Shown here one piece after another: positions 38,181-43,960 of a DNA stretch of 43,960 nt (its first letter is position 1; each line of letters starts with the position of its first letter). The stretch lies in NCBI RefSeq assembly GCF_001194135.2, contig NC_068988.1, positions 31,922,147-31,966,106 on the forward strand, read 5' to 3'. The position numbers and the translations under genes are program-made. Origin of the DNA: Octopus bimaculoides (lineage: Eukaryota). The notes under the pieces are model-generated. The model saw only the letters and a list, made by a program, of their open reading frames with translations, did not search any database and had not been told where the DNA came from.

Positions 38181-39536
38181 TTGGTGCGTCCTTTATTTCT
38201 TTTTCTTAGCTTTACGGCCACAACTCCAGTTTTCCTCTCAGCACTCTTGGATGTCGTGGAAAATGTTCCAAGCCCCAGCATTTCTCCTCTGGTGAAGTTA
38301 CACATTGAAGAAAAGTATTTCATGTTTATAATATAAAACAAGTATGTCGCCATAACATGAATAATGATAAAACCATGTAAAAAAAAATCTTTTAAAATAC
38401 ACCCTGCATAACTACCCTTCCAGGTCTCATCATTTGCTGATTTATTGTTGGATGGAAAGCTTTTGTGTCAATACAAAAGGTATGAAAATGACATACTGAT
38501 ATTATAGCGATTTGTATGGTTATAAATTGATCTCTACAACGCAAAATAACCATTTTTATGAATTGTCCTACATGAACAATTTAGATATCGACATAATTAT
38601 GCTCTTATGGAACATTTAGAATTAAGGTTGTAAATATTCTGACAAATCTCATTCTGGTTTCCATAGAAGTATCCAAGACATCCGAGGTCAGAAATTATCA
38701 TTTATAATTCTTAGAATAAGGTTATGGCAAGATTATATAGGGAAACGGAATAGTTTCATTCCAGTGACTCAACACAGTAGCATATTCAAATTATATTATT
38801 GTTTTCCTTTACACCATATTTACATATTATTTTCCATGGACATTCCATTATTCACTAAACTTCCTCATTGCCTCTTCTATCATTCTATATTTCCCGTTTT
38901 CTTTTGTATCGACTTCCAGTCCTACTGTTTGTCTGTCAATATGTCGTTCTTTGTTTCTTTGTTTCTTTCTTTATCTATTTCACTCTTTCTTTCTTTTTTT
39001 TCTTCTTTTTGTTTCTTTTCCACTCTTACTTTTCATTTGTTCTTTCTGATTTCCTTAAAGTTCATTTCTCATTCAAGATATGTATTTCTCTTCATTTCCC
39101 CAATACGTTCGTTTTCATGTTACACATCTTACATCAAAAGCAAATATATCAGCTTTATATTTAAGAAGAGAATCTCGACGAGTCGTTGTTCTAGTTCAAC
39201 TAGATATGATTAAAGCTCGATTTATAAACTGTTTCATCTACTTAGAATATTAAATGTAATCCTACGCATTGGGATTTGAGCAAAAATATTTTATGTAAGT
39301 ACATGGATTCAAAATTTAATTGTTTCTCATTAGGAAGAAAGTTGTTTGAAGATTTTGATGCATTTAGCAGTGGTTGTTAAACACAACTGCCCAATGCGTA
39401 GTCAACTACGATTCATTAGGAAGATTCAGTATAACTCTGAATGTACATTATTTACATTATTTACATTATTTACATTATTTACATTATTTACATTATTTAC
39501 ATTTGATGGATATTTGTCCTCATCGTGTTTGTTGTT

Positions 39537-39582
39537 AACACAACGTTTCGGCTGATATAACTTCCAGCCTTCGTCAGGTGTC
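39537..39582 (-). ncRNA. Minimal type I hammerhead ribozyme (family B), core intact
   Basis: Minus strand GACAC-CTGACGA-A-GGCTG(GAAGTTATAT)CAGCC-GAAA-CG-TT-GTGTT. Helix I GACAC/GTGTT, helix II 5 bp, palindromic ACGT helix III, GUU site. Confidence 0.72.
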
Positions 39583-39695
39583 TTGGAGTTAGTAGCCCGC
39601 GCTCTTAACCACTACATCATATGCCCGTGAGCATATTGGTTAAGAGCGCGGGCAACTAACCCCAAGATTCCGAGTTCGATTCCAGGCAGTGACCG

Positions 39696-39758
<63 letters not shown>

Positions 39759-39822
39759 CAACAACAACAACAACATCGAAAAATACCTTAAGAATGAGAA
39801 CTCACGTTCGAAATTTCCCCAA

Positions 39823-39868
39823 GACATCTGATGAAGGCTGGAGGGTATATCAGCCGAAATGTTGTGTT
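39823..39868 (+). ncRNA. Minimal type I hammerhead ribozyme (family B), helix III palindrome broken by C>T
   Basis: GACAT-CTGATGA-A-GGCTG(GAGGGTATAT)CAGCC-GAAA-TG-TT-GTGTT. Confidence 0.68.
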
Positions 39869-40146
39869 AACAACACACAAGATGAGGACAAATATCTGTG
39901 AAATGAAAATTATGTAAATAATGTACATATTTCCTCATCTCTTAAATATAGAACTGCATAACTCTGAATGTATGTGAACAAAACCAAAATAATTATTTAC
40001 CAGCATATTCAATTAGACGAATGCATCTTGTTTGTTGGATTGCAATCTTAGCTGCATAAACAAAAAATGAGAAAAGTGGCCATAGAAACTATGAATTGTT
40101 TCGAATTTTGGAACAACGCCAGCAATATTAGGGAGAGATTGGTTTC

Positions 40147-40306
40147 TCGATTACATCGACCCCAGTACATGACAAGTATTGAATTTATCGACCACGAAAT
40201 GATAAAAGATAAAGTAAACCTCAGCAGGCTTTGAATCCAGAAAGCAAAGCAGGAAAATAGAAATGTAATAAAGCATTTCAATGTGCTAATGTGCCAGTCG
40301 TCGCCT
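40147..40306 (-). mobile_element. SINE copy
   Basis: CGATTACATCGACCCCAGTAC...TTTATCGACCACGAAATGATAAAAG...TTTGAATCCAG, colinear with 32613-32774. Confidence 0.7.
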
Positions 40307-40394
40307 TTATAAAAAAAATGAAAAAAAACATTTAAACTATGTTAAAAAATTAAGCAATAATCTCACTACTTAAAAAAACATGGTTGGAATTATA

Positions 40395-40577
40395 GGGGAT
40401 GAGCTAAACCATTACATCACCCGCAGGGTACAACTTGCACTAGTCTTCATCGATCTGGAAAGATTGAAAGCAAACTTGGAACGGTGAAATTTGAACTCAG
40501 AAGGTAAACTTGGAAGGCATGCAATAATGACGGTAAGCATTTCGTACGGCGTGGTAAGAATTGTGCCAGTTCGCAGC
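40395..40577 (-). mobile_element. Degenerate SINE copy
   Basis: TCATCGATCTGGAAAGATTGAAAGCAAAC...GAAATTTGAACTCAGAAGG...AAGCATTTCG...GTGCCAGTTCGC. Confidence 0.6.
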
Positions 40578-40946
40578 TTTTTCCTGAAATACAGAAGTTT
40601 AAACATTAGGCAATGATGAAATTATAACTACCGTTGTGTTTGTGGTAGTTGTCGTTGATGATTATGACGATGATAAAATGATAGATCGAACGAAGATCTT
40701 GTAAAGCTATGATCAACATTTTTTCAGTCACGACCCTCGTATTTGTTTTCTTCACTTATAGTAGATGCATGGATATATCACATAAAACATTCTGTTTTCT
40801 AATCGTTCATTGTCCGTACTGGGATAAATTGGATTCACATTAAAACTATGTGTACAAAGAGAGTTATAAAATCAAAATATAAATATTTCATAATAATACG
40901 AGATTGGAAATATATCAATTACACATGCTTTTTAAAAATTTTGACT

Positions 40947-41108
40947 CAAGACCAGTAATTTCGGGAAAGAGAGTAAGTCGATTATATAGACCCCCAGTAC
41001 TCAACTGGTAATTATATTATAAACCCCGACAGGATGAAAATCAAAGTCTACATCGGTGGTCGCTAGGTATTTTACCTAGTGTGCTAACAGTTCTGCTAGT
41101 ACGCCGCT
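40947..41108 (-). mobile_element. SINE copy with internal deletion
   Basis: AGTCGATTATATAGACCCCCAGTACTCAACTGGTA...CCCCGACAGGATGAAAATCAAAGTC...GTGCTAACAGTTCTGCTAG. Confidence 0.65.
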
Positions 41109-42106
41109 TTATACCGGTTAGACAGGCTGCAGGGTAAAAGTAGTCGAAAAAGCTAGAGCACATACCTGCATCTCAAAAATAATTAGGAGGCTGAACTTGG
41201 TTGAGTATTGAAGACATGGTGAGAGTCACGTAATTATAACAAATATGAAAAATCAGGTAGTTTTTAATGTAATTGCACCCCGCCACATAAAATATATTTG
41301 AATGTATACAAGATGGAATAAACATGTTTTAATTACAAACGACAAAATTTGCTTCCGTACTGTGGCAACAGCTGCAAGTTGCAGAGATCGCAGTTTCATA
41401 TTATTACATAGATGACTATGATCCAGCAGTTGTGTGCCGGCATTTCATCAAATAAGTTTTTTTAAAGCACTACTGAATCACTTTCAATTTCCTATGTCGT
41501 ATGTACCTTTACATAATTAGCTGTCTTTATTAACAGAGGACTCATAGATTTCAAGCAACAGGTTATAAATCTCAGAAAGGTATGTATATTGGGATAGTAA
41601 AAGTAAAAATACAAATTTCAAAACAAATAGACCGAATTCATTAATAGAAGAAAAAAGAAACCAAATAAGTAAATAAATACAGAAAAAAACTAACAGTCTG
41701 GTTTTATGTCTTATCTTTTTATCCTAGTGCTAGCGTTTCTCTCTCTTTTTTCTTTTTTGTCTTAGGAAATGGACTACAAGTATTTTTTTTTTATTTTCAT
41801 TGTCTGCAACCGTTCTGCTTCAAATGATTCATTGTCAGCACTCCTAGCATGGCATCTGCTTGATATCAATCCACAGGAAAAACTTGATTTCATTTATTTT
41901 TGCACCGAAGACTGCGTTTTGATTGCCAGTAAGATACTTATCTTACATGAACAAATTCATTCGTCTCTACCCATTTATAAATACTGGTGTCCTTTCAGAC
42001 GGTTTATACATATAAATAATTATATATAATATATATATATACACAAACACCCACGCATAATACACACCGATATGGATATATATGTAGATACACATTTGTA
42101 CATCTA

Positions 42107-42152
<46 letters not shown>

Positions 42153-42889
42153 TTCACAAACACACATTTTATTATCGTTAGGTTAAATTAATGCCTTACT
42201 GCCACATATTCCTTATACTTTTCTAAATGTTTGTTTCTTGCTTACGTGTATTTATTCAAACATACCGATTATTATACGATAATATTCTAATTGTAACGCA
42301 TAATCATCATTTGGTTATTATTGTCCCTTTCAAATTATTACAAACGTTAAAAGTTTACAATTGAGACCTTCAAATTATGATAATCATTACATCATAATGT
42401 AAGCAACAATGCTAACTTATGAAAAATCATGAAATTATTTTAAAGTACATTCTTGATACAGTAAGAATAAAAGAATCACATTAAATATTACGTTTTTCTA
42501 AATTCTAGGAATTAATATTTCAGTCAATGGTTGAGCGTGTTATTAATCATTTTAAATTTACATGATATTAACTTGATTGTCTCTTACAGACGGAGGTCAC
42601 ATACTTTAGAACGTGTGAAATACGGTTTCCCATTCAATGAAACCGATCAGGAGCTGTTGTAATATATTTTTTACATTCTCATGTCTCATATGAAAGTTAC
42701 GAGATTGATGTGCATTGTAATTTTCCAACACTTGGAAAATGATACAGCACATATTCTATAGTGGCTCTTGCAATAGTCGCTGGTTGCACCTATGAATGCA
42801 TACGTCACTTGATTGCTATTCGCATTATATATACATACGTACATGCATGCATACATACATACACACACACACACACACATACACACACG

Positions 42890-42940
<51 letters not shown>

Positions 42941-43048
42941 TAACAGGAAGAGAAAGCGACAGACACAGAGAGAGAGATAATGTTATGCTAATATAAATAT
43001 ATATACATTTATACATCCGTCACAAACCGACACATGCATACCCATTGA

Positions 43049-43079
<31 letters not shown>

Positions 43080-43960
43080 TTGTGTGTATGTGTGTGTATG
43101 TGTGTATGTGTGAATGTGTTTGTGTGTGTGTGTGTATGTGTGCATACGTACGTGCACGTTTGATTGTGTAAATAGTGGAGGAGAAATGTCAGCTTAAGCG
43201 AAGAGTTGGTCAACACCAAAATAGTGCTCGATGTATTTTGATTCTTAAATTCCAATTTTTTTAATCAATGTAAAAATTGTCCAGTAGTGCAGGAGTTGGC
43301 TTGAAAATTCTCGTAGTTCGAGTGGATAACGAAAGACTAACTACAGGAAAATATATTACAGTATGTACATACACATTACATATGTCAGCGTGTGTACATA
43401 ACACGATCTTACACAAAGCAAATTTTTATACAAAACAAAAAAATAGTTATCTCACTTGAAGTTTCATACGCGAATATCTTCATTTGAGAAGGCCGACCAT
43501 TTTCTTCAGAAACAGGAATGGCAAATGCCAAAATAAAGATGGATAATGGCTTAGGGAGTAAGAAACAAAAAAACTGCAAGTAGAGAATACACGCAAAGTC
43601 AAGCGGAGTACGTATGATAATTTGACAAATATAGGTAAGGTGTGAAGGAGGGGAAGAGAGAAATGGGAAAGCAAACGTAAATAATGAGAGAACGGATGGC
43701 AAATGAGAAGTGAGTTCGATCAGTTTGCGGTGTTACACTTCCAACAAGAAGACGTTATAAATCTACGCATTTATAAAGGTGCGCAATGGAAGATGAAAGG
43801 AAATCAATTATGAAGGATACAGTGGCAGTGTAACATGCTAGTCACATTGTTTAGTGTATGTCCCTCGTCCATTTACAGAAAAAAAACATTGAGCCACGAG
43901 ATATATAAGTAAACATGTAAAACAAAATAAAACTGAAAGTCTAAGATAAATATATATATA

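Larger units (their letters stand above)
39446..39957. mobile_element. Non-autonomous head-to-head element with tRNA-like heads and hammerhead-bearing tails, 15-bp TSD
   Basis: TSD ATAACTCTGAATGTA at 39431-39445 and 39958-39972. Outer inverted repeat 39509-39586/39819-39896; inner inverted repeat 39589-39611/39637-39659. A-box-like TGATGTAGTGG on the minus strand (39609-39619); B-box GTTCGATTCC on the plus strand (39674-39683); (AAT)n(AAC)n at 39697-39775; (TACATTATT)n at the left end. Confidence 0.88.

Noticed and set aside
39625-39695. tRNA gene
   Set aside because: The A box is partly deleted and there is no acceptor stem or T-run terminator; it is the head of a mobile element.
41766-41928. 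Strong acceptor at 41765 and GTAAGA donor at 41929
   Set aside because: Contains a T10 run, gives no recognisable peptide, and such signals are common in AT-rich introns.
1-43960. CRISPR array, rRNA genes, prokaryotic operons
   Set aside because: No repeat-spacer array or rRNA-like sequence; the DNA is eukaryotic and repeat-derived.

Overview
AT-rich, microsatellite-dense, non-coding eukaryotic DNA with nine assembly gaps (about 4.5 kb of N, most of them next to microsatellites). The repeat content looks like a cephalopod (Octopus-type) intron or intergenic region; this is inferred from pattern recognition, not a database hit. No intact host gene was recognised. Most supplied ORFs are artefacts of N-runs and microsatellites, and a few are decayed transposon frames. 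Identified elements: Tc1/mariner fossils (two maT/DD37D-like copies, one mariner 3' fragment, one deleted mariner with both TIRs), about a dozen SINE copies, L1/Tx1-like and RTE-like LINE fragments, a small MITE-like element and several Penelope-like element (PLE) remnants. The main result is two families of type I hammerhead ribozyme (HHR) motifs. Family A has a long helix II. One copy has an intact core (18134-18218), and two decayed copies sit in the ~400-bp inverted pseudo-LTRs of a GIY-YIG PLE (14160-15690). Family B is a minimal HHR present on both strands of a 512-bp, non-coding, tRNA-headed, head-to-head element with a 15-bp target-site duplication (39446-39957). All alignments, translations and folds were done by eye.
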